DNA of 62,852 bases, the filler included, from Globobulimina sp. (taxonomy: Eukaryota), in NCBI GenBank assembly GCA_003354225.1. It is 50 parts of 50 records of this genome, joined end to end, with 100 filler letters (N's around TTAATTAATTAA, not from the genome) between each part and the next. Parts side by side here need not be neighbours in the genome. Positions count along the whole stretch, not along the records: positions 51,631 to 52,788 come from PIVH01022066.1; positions 52,889 to 54,046 come from PIVH01022067.1; positions 54,147 to 55,304 come from PIVH01022068.1; positions 55,405 to 56,562 come from PIVH01022069.1; positions 56,663 to 57,820 come from PIVH01022070.1; positions 57,921 to 59,078 come from PIVH01022071.1; positions 59,179 to 60,336 come from PIVH01022072.1; positions 60,437 to 61,594 come from PIVH01022073.1; 42 more parts are not named here. One strand, given 5' to 3'. Numbering within the stretch: position 1 is the stretch's first letter; the number at the start of each line of letters is the position of its first letter. The notes under the pieces were generated by a model. The model did not search any database and was not told where the DNA came from. It worked only from the letters and a program-made list of their open reading frames with translations. Below, one piece after another: positions 51,531 through 62,852 of the stretch. The position numbers were made by a program, and so were the translations under genes.

Positions 51531-51630
51531 NNNNNNNNNNNNNNNNNNNNNNNNNNNNNNNNNNNNNNNNNNNNTTAATTAATTAANNNNNNNNNNNNNN
51601 NNNNNNNNNNNNNNNNNNNNNNNNNNNNNN

Positions 51631-52788
51631 TGCCAATAAGTTATGTATTTGCTTTTTTAATCCATCAAAATATTTTTGATTGATATAATATTTAGGATTC
51701 ACCACCGGGTCCACATTAATATCGTCACGCAATATAATTTTGAATTTTTCACCAGGTATTTTGCCGATGTCTGCTCCGCTGCCTCCCTTTGATATATTGT
51801 CGGCGTATGAATGGATTAAATCGAGTATGGGTTCGCGAGCGGCCTCGTCATGGATTATCACGTCGAAGTTGACATTTTCGGCATCTGTATCTAATGGATA
51901 TAACTCACACGGCATATCATCGAAGTCATCGTCGTAGAATTCGGGCTGGAACTTATGGACAAATGAGTCGTTCATTTGTACCAACTTATAATTAAGCACA
52001 TGTAACAAGGCCCGGCCAATAAGGAAATTAATCGTATCTGGCAATTGCGGCAATACATAGAATTTGGTAGTAATTATTCGATTTTTATGCTTGATTTTCA
52101 TGGGTAAGTATTCGTGCACCGTCGTATAGCCATTGCCGGTACGTACCTTTGTATGCCGTCGATCCCGTAATAGGTATTTTTTATATTTCAAAGCTGTTTT
52201 AAAATTTATGCACTGTATATTTGCGCCGTCGTCGGCCACCGCATTGATAGTAGCCTCGAATGGAAATATTGCGCTGAAATTGATAGTATTTATAGGCACA
52301 TCAATATGCGCTGTATTTATACTTTCTGTGGCATAGATTTCGGCGAATCGTCGCGCATAAATTGGATTATTTAGATGAAAACATGGATGATCGCGCAATA
52401 CATTGGTTAATGCGGGAATGTCATCAATTATTTCATCATCATCATCATTATTGAGTATTGGTCGCGATTCAAGTATGGGTTTAGGCGTCGGTTTAGGAGC
52501 TGGTTCGGCTTGTTTTGGAGAATATGCACTCTCGGAGCCATCGTGTCGAATCATAGGCGACCGGCCATGATCGAAAGCATAATGCGATGACCCTACGTAA
52601 TAAGCGCTGTGTTCTCGTGTTGATTTGGTATGTTTTGAGGCTGTTTTTGGTTGTTGCGGTGTCGAGGGATTAGTTTGTGGCATCGAAGAAGATGTCCACT
52701 GATTCTGAGTGCGTCCGGGGACGCTGTCGTTTCTTTTTATTATGATTATGGTCATTATTATCATGGGTTTTATCTTGTTTCTGTGGCT
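51631..52788 (-). mobile_element. Ty3/gypsy-like pol 5' region: retropepsin domain leading toward RT
   Basis: AVADDGANIQCI, VRTGNG, FYVLP...FLIGRALL (retropepsin), then L..Y.D.I...DIGKIPGEKFKIIL...PV...Y...LKKQIHNLL (pre-RT linker). Confidence 0.85.
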
Positions 52789-53075
52789 NNNNNNNNNNNN
52801 NNNNNNNNNNNNNNNNNNNNNNNNNNNNNNNNTTAATTAATTAANNNNNNNNNNNNNNNNNNNNNNNNNNNNNNNNNNNNNNNNNNNNTTATTAAGAAAA
52901 GCAGTAGAGCTTTTGTATTAAGAATAGCATTGAAAGGATTCTGCACCAAACACAGGTTAAGTATTTAAATATGGTCAGTTTTTTCTAAAATATATTCCAG
53001 TACTCACCGTTAGGTCGGTATTCTTAACAGATATATCGTTAGAGTCGTCAAGGTTTTTTAAACTTAACTTAAATA

Positions 53076-54046
53076 ATGGCTTCAGACGAGAAAAAAAGTG
53101 ATAAAGGAACCTATCAACAAACAGAACACGCTAAAAAATATGACCGGCAGATGCGTTTATGGGGAACGCATGGCCAACAATTATTAGAAGAAGGTAAAAT
53201 ATGTATGCTAGGCTCAAACTGCGCGGCTTCCGAAACCTTAAAAAACTGTGTATTGCCCGCAGTTGGTATATTTACCATCATTGACGATGCAGACGTAACC
53301 ATATCCGACTTAGGAAATAATTTCTTTGTCACCCAAGACGACATAGGCAAGAAAAGAGCAAAAGTAGTCTCTGAGTGGTTACTTGAAATGAATCCCGATG
53401 TAAAAGGCGAGGCAGAATGTAAAAATTGTATTGAATTAATCCATAAAGATTTAAATTACTTTAAGCAATTTAACATCGTATTATCCACGCAATTATATGG
53501 CGAACCAATGCGCAAATTAGCCAAATTCTGCTGGGATAATAACATTCCATTTATGAACATTCGCATTAATGGATTTCTCGCTTGTTTACGCGTTCAATTT
53601 GCAGAGTTAAACATTATTGAATCGCATCCAACCAATGACAGAACGGATTTATTTATTTACCCGCAACAACTTAAAATATTTCCAGAGTTGCAACAATTTT
53701 GTGATTCATTTGACATCGACACCAAAGATGTGACAGAACATGCACATTTGCCGTGTGTTGCTATTTTGTCACAATTCACGCAGAGATATTTAGCAAAGGT
53801 TGGTTATTTAGTTTTTTTTTAATGCTTTGCATTGTTGATTGTACCGCAAATTCGCAATGTGATATATGAAATATATAGAATTCAAATAAGTTGCCAGCAA
53901 ATTTTAAAGAACAAACCGAATTTAAAGATGAAATAAGTACAATGGGGAATGATGAAAATTATTTTGATGCAGTTCATTGGGCGTCGCAGTGTTATTCACC
54001 ACCACGGATTGATAGCGAAGTAAAGCTAAAAAAACGTGTCTTCAAA
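53076..54046 (+). CDS. NAE1: NEDD8-activating enzyme E1 regulatory subunit, 3' truncated; intron 53799-53878
   Basis: KYDRQMRLWGTHGQ, ETLKNCVLPAVG.FTIID, DLGNNFF, LLEMNPDV, IIESHP, HAHLP, DENYFDA. Confidence 0.92.
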
Positions 54047-54146
54047 NNNNNNNNNNNNNNNNNNNNNNNNNNNNNNNNNNNNNNNNNNNNTTAATTAATT
54101 AANNNNNNNNNNNNNNNNNNNNNNNNNNNNNNNNNNNNNNNNNNNN

Positions 54147-54447
54147 GGTCAAAATTTTGTAATTTTCTAGATTAATATGTTTCAAGATGAAAACTACTTC
54201 TCTAGGGCAGTTTTGCACGTAGAATTCATTTTTGATACTAGTGAAGCCCGTTGGATTGCAAATTACTCGAAACTGATAATCCTCCAATGTCACCATTGGT
54301 CGTCAAGGAAAGACCTCCAGTTTATGCATAATTTGCAATCCAACGGGCTTCACTAGTATCAGAAATGAATTCTACGTGAAAAACTGCCCTAGAGAAGTAG
54401 TTTTCATCTTGAAACATATTAATCTAGAAAATTACAAAATTTTGACC
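54147..54447. mobile_element. Long hairpin/foldback MITE-like element with ~120-bp inverted arms
   Basis: 54147-54265 is the near-perfect reverse complement of ~54329-54447; the left arm starts at the contig edge. Confidence 0.85.
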
Positions 54448-55572
54448 ACTTTCAATTCGAGACCTAATAACTCGTCAATGGAGAGCGATGGAAAGCTCTA
54501 GTTCACGCCATTCGAACCAGTGTATCCGATTTAAGTTTGAGTCGTGAGTTTTGGGCACTTTGGGGCACTTTTTTGGCAACTTGCCGCCGAAAAACTATTT
54601 TTTGACCTTTTTGGCAATTTTTGGCTCTGACCTGTTTCAAAAAATGGCAATAACTCTGGGGTGGATTAAGCAAAAGAATTGAATTTTTTTTGGGGATATC
54701 CTCTAGACATATGCTATATATTGGGTGATTTTCAAGAAAATTGGCAAATTTCCAAAAAAATCGATTTCCCAAAAATATCGAAAATCGAGCCAATTTTTTG
54801 TAAATTTTCGAATTTTGAAGAAATAACACCGGGAGCAGATCCGTTACATTCCAACGATCCTTTTGATATATAAATGACATTGGTTCCATCACTAACAAAA
54901 CAAAGATTCTCAAAACAATTTTTGGCCAACCTTTTTTAGACAGACTTTAGTAATACTTTTTAATACAATATAACAGTTGTCAATGAAGAGATATGAGTGA
55001 AAAACTCCACTCTTGATGTACAATATGATATAATTAATAAACGCTTTTCAAATCTCATAACTTTATTTTTAAAGTAATTTCATAAAAAACAAAATTTTAT
55101 ATTTGAAATTAACACAACAAAAAACAAAAAAACAAAAATTAGTTATCATGACTTAAAGCTCTGTTTCATCGATTTGAAAAATTCCTTCACAGCGTCCTTA
55201 GCGCCATCTATGCCAGCTGGCAGAGCGCTCCCTGTCAGGTTGACTATAGCCTGGTCGCCTTCAGTAGTTTCACCTTCAGACTTGTCACCACCATCAGTGT
55301 TTACNNNNNNNNNNNNNNNNNNNNNNNNNNNNNNNNNNNNNNNNNNNNTTAATTAATTAANNNNNNNNNNNNNNNNNNNNNNNNNNNNNNNNNNNNNNNN
55401 NNNNATGATACTTAATGAAATTATTCATAATTACATGTCAGTACTGATTGTCTGAGATTAGTGAGATATATTAAACAAGTGTAAAACCATTATTTTTTTT
55501 GTTCAGCATAACAAATAATCCATCTCTTTTATATGTTCATTTATCAAAGTTGACAACACATTTATATCATCA

Positions 55573-56097
55573 ATGGAAGCATCAAAATCAATGTCACCAT
55601 ATGGGTCTAGTGAAGAATCCTGCGGCACAACATATGACACAGAAGATGAAGAATATGATAACATAGAAAATGGATTATCCGAAGACTATGACCCATCAAA
55701 ACCATTACAACCACTAATCCCATTAAAATACAGTTGTGTGTGCAACATGGACAATAATGGGAATCCTGCAAGTGTTGAAAGTGATGCTTTAGAATTATTT
55801 TTTAATACATTTCTGGATCAAGAGCTTGATGGCGAGATTACGCTTTGTCAATTTGTATCATCATTAACTGAGTTATCAATCGAATTAACGGAGAAAGATT
55901 TATACAAAGTGTTTAATTTTATTGATGATGATAAATCTGGATATTTAGATGCCGTTGATTTTGTACAATTTTTTACGAAATGTCTGGATAATAAAGTTAA
56001 TGGTAATACAGCATGTAATATGAAGCAATTACAATGTATTTTGCTCTGTGCCATCAAAAGCCATCCATTTATGATAAGTTTAGTGAGTGCTGTATAA
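55573..56097 (+). CDS. EF-hand protein
   Basis: DDDKSGYLDAVDF canonical loop and DQELDGEITLCQF degenerate loop. Confidence 0.85.
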   Translation: MEASKSMSPYGSSEESCGTTYDTEDEEYDNIENGLSEDYDPSKPLQPLIPLKYSCVCNMDNNGNPASVESDALELFFNTFLDQELDGEITLCQFVSSLTELSIELTEKDLYKVFNFIDDDKSGYLDAVDFVQFFTKCLDNKVNGNTACNMKQLQCILLCAIKSHPFMISLVSAV

Positions 56098-56662
56098 ATT
56101 ATACCTTATTAAATCTATCTCGTTCTTCCAATTACATACATAATGAACGAGAACATCTATTATATTGTCTGTACTATGTTTTTTCTTTTTTTTTTGTTTG
56201 TAATTTTGTTTGTTCAGTTGCTTTTTTTATTGGGCAAGCAACATTTTTATGTTCCCTTAATTTTTCCATTCTCCACTCAGTTTTTTCTTACATTTATACG
56301 TATAACGTTAATGTTATTTTATTTAATTGCACCGCAATTCTTTGTGTATTTCTTTTGATTGTAATTTATGCAAATGTTTGTGACTGTGATTGTAATAAAT
56401 AAATGCATGTCGTAAAGAATGTGCATGTAATATTATATTAATTCAAACTACAATTAATTTTTTTGTCATTAGAAATGCAACACTCGCGCTCAAAGACATA
56501 GATCACTTTTTGTAATATCCAGATTAAATCCGTATTATTCTGAGCAGTCAGATTGGCAATATNNNNNNNNNNNNNNNNNNNNNNNNNNNNNNNNNNNNNN
56601 NNNNNNTTAATTAATTAANNNNNNNNNNNNNNNNNNNNNNNNNNNNNNNNNNNNNNNNNNNN

Positions 56663-56830
56663 CCTTCGCATCACGCGTTGTACCAATGGCTGACTCCAAC
56701 ATCGTTCCTGACACCACGCATTTTTACTGGTACGTGACGTGGATGTCACTTTGCTGAAATGCCCAGTTTCATCTGTCTGACAGACATCAGTGCTCCGTTG
56801 AAAAGCTCCCGCCGCATCTAATTTGACGCA
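56663..56830 (-). CDS. Prolyl 4-hydroxylase alpha-like exon fragment
   Basis: FQRSTDV...KVTSTSRTSKNAWCQERC...PLVQRVMRR resembles the P4H RS...S..RTS..AW...RI pattern. Confidence 0.55.
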
Positions 56831-57920
56831 TCTGACCAATCATCCCAAAAACGTGTAGTGTTTATTGTTACTGTTTGTTTGTCGATCTGACAGTTAACTG
56901 TCAGATATTTCACCTTGACACAAAAAAACATTTATTGGTTTCTAAATAAGAATAAAAATTAAAAAAAAATCTAAACGCACAGAATATAATTACGATGATG
57001 AGCGTGTACTGACTCACCAGCATATTCATCAAGTTGGTGATGGTAATCACCGTCTAATTTTCATACAGTTTGCTTTCTTTTTTTTTCAATTTTTTCATTT
57101 AGTTCGTGGTGTTTGTTGTTGTGATGATGGAGATGCACTGTGCCATCATCATAATAATCCAATAATTAATTTCCAATTAATCCAATCCAGTTGTGCATGT
57201 TATATAATTGTTTAATTGGTATTTTATGAAAAATGAATATGTTTTTTTATATAAAAATACAGAGTATACAAACACATACAACAGAAACAGAAACAAAAAT
57301 ACATAATAATAAAATATGTACACAATAATAAAATGAACCTAAATATTCTTGAAATATACAATTCTATGTTGATAGTTTTGGTTGTAATTGGCTGTCATTA
57401 TATAGCTCTAAAATGTGTGGAGTGTGTGGTATTTGACGCATTGCTTCAACTGTATATTGAATAGCTCTACTGAATGATTGCCATATTATAATTCCTACTG
57501 AATGATTGCAACTATGATGAATAATCTATTTCTCTAAAAGGTTTTTACACACTTAACGCAAAGCTTGCATGCAATTTTTATCAAGGCTGAATTCAATAGA
57601 TCTAGACGTCGGAATATAGAAACAACATATTTTTTTATGTATGCACGTTAAATGTTGCTGTTGTTGTTATCAGTCTAAAATGCACATTGAATGTGGTATT
57701 TTAATTAATCAACAATCTGACAATAATTAGCTCTATGTAACCAAGACACAGCAGGATACCACACTTTATTTGTTGGTAAGTTCAACTGATATATTTGTTC
57801 ATTCTTTTTAATGAATAATANNNNNNNNNNNNNNNNNNNNNNNNNNNNNNNNNNNNNNNNNNNNTTAATTAATTAANNNNNNNNNNNNNNNNNNNNNNNN
57901 NNNNNNNNNNNNNNNNNNNN

Positions 57921-58539
57921 TTAATATAAAATAAAATGTAACTTACAGCATACGAACAGCAAACGGTTTTCTATATTTTGTCTGTGTGACCCATTCTGGC
58001 GGATTTAATATCCAATTCCAATTAAAACGCCTGTGATTCGGATCTGGCCCGGTCCATCCATTAAAGTCCATGGCTAAGAACTGTCTGTCAAAGGGGAAGC
58101 GATGTAATTCCATCCTTTCTACAAATTCTACAGTGACGAAGATCTGCATATGAATGGTTGACGTTTCTGGAAGATATTTATAAATTGGACTTTGACACTT
58201 TTGCCAGACTTTATTTTCAAATATTTCAGATAATTTAAGTGGTGCATCGAGCTCTGGCTCTTTTAAATTGAAACCGGTCTCTTGCCAATAGGGACAGAGG
58301 ACCGGTATAGTGTAATCCTGCCAAAATAAATGGATCTCAATGGATGCGTGCCATATTTGTTCAGCACAATCAACATTTTGTACAGTGATTTCAAACCATG
58401 GATAAACGTCAATTGGGTCATATCTTGATCGTGTTAATTTTATTGGTTTCGATGCAGATTTTATTAATACATCCATTTGGCCAAGAACTGCTAACTCATT
58501 TTCTATTTCTTCTTTTGATTTTGATTCCATTTCCATCAT
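57921..58539 (-). CDS. Cys-less pentameric ligand-gated ion channel, extracellular domain, 3' truncated at an intron
   Basis: VQNVDCAEQIWHASIEIHLFWQD and FVERMELHRFPFDRQFL (FPFDxQ Pro-loop without flanking cysteines). Confidence 0.8.
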
Positions 58540-58780
58540 TGTTTGGATATTATAGGAGATATATTATTGACGAGTTCCCTTAAAAACGATATATCACACA
58601 GTGCATATGGCGAAAGAGTGTATTTTAGATATAGCATGTGAGTGCATTTCTGATGCGTCGCATTTTTAGTGGAACTGCCTGACAGTGATACAAGATAATT
58701 AAACGTAGTGACCGAAAAACCTTTTGCTCAACTTCAAACTTTAAGGATTTTTTTGCATTTTGTGTATATCATCGTTCAGC

Positions 58781-59078
58781 ATGGCAGCAGAGTTACGAGA
58801 TTCAATGCAAGGCATTGTAACATCGATCACAGGATTGGATGCGTCCTATATTACAGAGTTTGAATTTCAAGTTGGTAGTACACCCATGACATCGATCCAG
58901 TTTCCATTCACAACCGTTGTATTATATTGTATCGGCATTCCGTTATTACAGAATTTTATGAAAAATCGTCAAATACCAGCTTTAAAATATATTTTAATTG
59001 TTCATAACGTATTTTTAGCGGTAACATCCATGTTTATGGCTGTATTCTTAATTGCAAGTTTATTGGCAATTAAACGGT
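58781..59078 (+). CDS. ELO (GNS1/SUR4) fatty acid elongase N-terminus
   Basis: FQVGSTPMTS..P...VVLY...LQNFMKNR...LK.ILIVHNVFLAVTS. Confidence 0.82.
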
Positions 59079-59292
59079 NNNNNNNNNNNNNNNNNNNNNN
59101 NNNNNNNNNNNNNNNNNNNNNNTTAATTAATTAANNNNNNNNNNNNNNNNNNNNNNNNNNNNNNNNNNNNNNNNNNNNATGAACCAAAAAAAAACATAAA
59201 ACACAAACACAAACAAACAAAGAAAAATTACAAGTGAAGAGTTTTTTTCAACATATACATTTTTTAATTTTTAAAACTAGCACCACCGCCAG

Positions 59293-60336
59293 TTACGGTA
59301 CGTCATCCCCATCATCCCCACCGTCTGCACCATCACCTACAGCACCTACACCATCATCTCTATCTCCATCCCCATCTGTTTTTTTTTCCTCTTTATCTTG
59401 CTTATCATTTAAATCCTCCTCAACAATTGTTTCAACAACCTGTGTATCAACAACCTCTGTGTCAACAACCTCTGCAGGCTCAGCTGTGTGTGACTGAGTC
59501 TGTGTCATATTTACGTGGCTATAAATCTGAGCCTCTTCCTTGCCATCCACATTAACATCAACACCACATTTCGCACACAACACATTTAACCGTGTCAACG
59601 TCAAGAATTTCAATAAAAAGTCCGCATCCTCTTTTTCCTCTTTCCGCACAAACTCTCGCGTCTTCCGTCTCAACAAAACCAACTCCTTCTCCTCCCGCTC
59701 TTGTTCTACTTCTTGTTCCCGATTCTTCCAGATTTTGCATTTACATTTCCGCAAACAAATTATATATAACTCTGTAAACACATCGTATCTGCCACTCTTT
59801 GCCAGCACCGGTGCTGCAATCAACCACGTACAGATTGTCTGCACCAACACACCCACAAAAATGCACCAACCGGCACCTATCCCCTGGCCAATCATCTGCG
59901 TTCCACAGACGACGGAGAAGAATGCCACCCAAATTGCATAAGGCATTTGCGTGTAAACATGGCGAAATAGGTCGCAGCCGGTAGCTATGCTGGAGATCAA
60001 AGTAGTATCGCTCAGCGGAGATGAATGGTCACCAAAAATAGAACCGCTCAGTATCTGCGATAACGTCACAGTGTACAAAAAAACACCATTCTCGTCATTT
60101 TCGCAAATGAGCCAAGCGGCGGGGCTCACCAAAGGAAATAAAATCGTCATAGTACCCCACGATGTACCTTTTGTATACACAAAAAAACGCAAATTACGGC
60201 GCATACAAACGAGTTACAAATGCAAATCAATTATAAATACCTGTTGCTGCACTCAATAACGCAGCTAATATGAAAACAAGTGTTGGCAGATTACTTGCTG
60301 CCACGTCTTCACTTATAATGCGTATAAAATATCTAT
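59293..60336 (-). CDS. NhaC/MleN-type Na+/H+ antiporter family protein C-terminus; intron 60168-60240
   Basis: Spliced ATGTSWGTMTILFP, GSIFGDHSSPLSDTTLISSIATGCD..RHVYTQMPYA; long acidic tail. Confidence 0.9.
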
Positions 60337-60759
60337 NNNNNNNNNNNNNNNNNNNNNNNNNNNNNNNNNNNNNNNNNNNNTTAATTAATTAANNNNNNNN
60401 NNNNNNNNNNNNNNNNNNNNNNNNNNNNNNNNNNNNAACAATTTGATGACATGAAACAAAAATATGATCATCACCGCGTGGATCAACCCTGTCGTCAAAT
60501 TTTCAGATTAAAGCGGTCATCAAAATCAAATTTTTCAACTGTACCAGATTCTGATACAGATTGTTTATTATAGGTTTATTAAATGGTGTATCTTGTTCTT
60601 GTGTTCTTTACTATTATGTTTTTATAGGTTTATGTTTTTAATTAAATGTTTTTTTTTTGAAGTGATCTCGTCTGTCATTTACTTTCTGCGGACATGCAAC
60701 AATGAAAAAAAAATAAAATTAAACGAAACGAAATTTAAATTACCATGAAATAAAAATAA

Positions 60760-61594
60760 CTAATTAGTCACTTCGAATATATCATCATCAATATTCGTAT
60801 TCTTCTTGTTATTATATAACTCATTCAAATTCACTGTATTGCAGTTTAAATTGTTTAAATCCTCATAATATAATAACGATGGACTGTTATTCGTATTGCG
60901 TCTGTTTCTTTGTTGACTTGAAATCAGATTATTATCCTCCAAATCAAATAGTAACGGATTGCCATCATTATCCAGCAAACTGCTATGCGTACAATTTGAA
61001 TTATTGCCATTCTCAGAATACAAATCCATAATAAACGAGGAGGCATCATTCATATTCGTATCGTTGTCATGAATATCATCATAATAATCCTTTACTGGGT
61101 CATTATACGAATCAGAGAAAGTCTTGGATTCGCACTCACATTCCTCACAATCATCCACCACCTCTTTCATAATCACATTATCGTCCATCAAATAGCTAAG
61201 CAACGGCAAAAACGACAATATTATATTCCCAATATCCGCCCCAAACTCATCAATGATTTGACTCCGAACCATCGAAATACGCAAACATTTGTAATAAAAC
61301 TCTTTGACCCATTCATAAAACTCCAATTTCTCGTATTTTCTGATTTTCTCCCGTATTCTCTTCAACTTTTTCTTTTTCTGCTTCCTTTGCTGCCGCTTAT
61401 GAACGCGTCGAATTCGTCTGGCTCTGCGCGGGCCGCTCACATTCACATTCAGGTCATTGGCGTCATTGAGGCCACTCTGTTGCGCAGAACTGCGATCTGA
61501 TAATATCTCCTCCAAAGTGGTGGTATACTCATGGTCGTCATCCATATATTCATCATCTATATATTGTCGGTCTTGGCCATGCATCGTCTCTCGG
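60760..61594 (-). CDS. Unknown Asp/Asn-rich protein, 5' truncated
   Basis: 274-aa ORF with a basic coiled coil and a DIGNIILSFL motif. Confidence 0.5.
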
Positions 61595-61769
61595 NNNNNN
61601 NNNNNNNNNNNNNNNNNNNNNNNNNNNNNNNNNNNNNNTTAATTAATTAANNNNNNNNNNNNNNNNNNNNNNNNNNNNNNNNNNNNNNNNNNNNTGTAGT
61701 TTTATCGGAATTACAAAAAAATATAGAAACACAAACCGATGATAATAAGAGTAATAAATCAAACAACAT

Positions 61770-62800
61770 TTTTTGTAAATTGTCTGTGGATAAATTACAG
61801 AATTATTTATTAACAAATAATTGTTATGCAGATAAATACCGGCTGATAATTTGGAATTTTTTATTAAATTTGCCAAATTTAGAAAATGTATACAAAGATT
61901 ACCAACAAAAAGGAAATAATAAAAAATGGACAGAAAAATTGAAATTATTTGATAAAAATATAGAAATTCGTTTGAAACATAGGTTATTAAATATATTATC
62001 ATTACTATCAAATTGGTGCACATTATGTGAAAATATTGATTTTTTGCCATTTTTTATTTTACCATTCATAAAATTATATAAACAAAATAACATTGAATGT
62101 TTTGAGAGTATTATGTTTATTTTATGTAAATATTGTAGTGAATGGTTTGTTGATTTTCCTGATCCATCCGTGAAAATATGCTCTTTTTGGGTATTGGGAA
62201 TAAAACATTTCGATAATACGTTGTATAAACATTTTGAACATCATTTTATTTCTATTCAAAACAATTTATGGCACATTATCTCAAATGCATTTTATACATT
62301 TTTTAACGAAAAAGATTGTTTATTATTATGGGATCATATTATTACAAATACGCCGTTATTCTTTCATATTATACCGATTTCCATTGTGCTGTGTTGCAAA
62401 AATGCTCTTTATTCCATACACTCAAAGTTTAGCGTTTTTTTGTTTTTTTTTTGCATGATTTTATTTTTCCGATATTATAATTAGTGATGGTATCGATGCA
62501 TTCTTTGGTCACAAACAACAAATATATATTAAAAATGTTATCAATAAAACATATTTTATTCTGCAACATTTACCAAAATCACTAATTCCAACATTTGAAG
62601 CAGTAACAATGGCAATGCATAATAATGTTAATGAGATTAAACAGTATCCGCTGTTCAATCGATATCCGGTCGACAGTCTTGCTTTGATTCATTATAAAGA
62701 TATAAGAAAATCAGAAAATAAAAAGAATGATCAACAACATGAGGAATTATTAAAATCATTGCAAAATGAGCATCGACAAATTAGAGTCAATCTAATATAA
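61770..62800 (+). CDS. TBC1D31 (WDR67)-like Rab-GAP TBC-domain protein, partial, multi-exon
   Basis: YADKYRLIIWNFLLNLP, LSLLSNW, FLPFFILPFIKLY, CSEWFVDFPDPSV, LLWDHI, and YPLFNRYP in a later exon. Confidence 0.8.
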
Positions 62801-62852
62801 GATGTCAATATTTTGACATTTTTGAGAATTTTTTGTAAATTCATTAACTGAT

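Overview
This window is not a contiguous locus. It is 50 unrelated, size-sorted contigs (1160 to 1158 bp) joined by an artificial 100-nt linker (44 N + TTAATTAATTAA + 44 N, stops in all six frames), so gene neighbourhood means nothing across linkers and many ORFs are truncated. Most contigs come from an AT-rich eukaryote with short (about 50-90 nt) GT-AG introns and very short intergenic spaces. The gene families (PP2A-B56, DGK, NUB1, G-alpha, mitochondrial Hsp70, importin-4, NAE1, TBC1D31, RCC1, Kelch, 7TM, Pro/Thr-stalk membrane proteins, 'GYIR...P.DII.LI..FY' proteins) suggest a rhizarian, probably a foraminiferan (inference). Two contigs are bacterial: an NRPS fragment and a Bacteroidota T9SS type-B-CTD PKD protein. 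One contig holds a decayed IS3 fragment in AT-rich flanks. Mobile DNA is common: gypsy-like gag and pol pieces, a Helitron-type PIF1 helicase, several MITE/foldback elements and at least three dispersed repeat families. The most unusual signal is four independent tRNA-like elements with different sequences. Where visible, their acceptor and T stems still pair while their D-loops and anticodon arms are degenerate. No CRISPR array, rRNA or canonical tRNA was seen.
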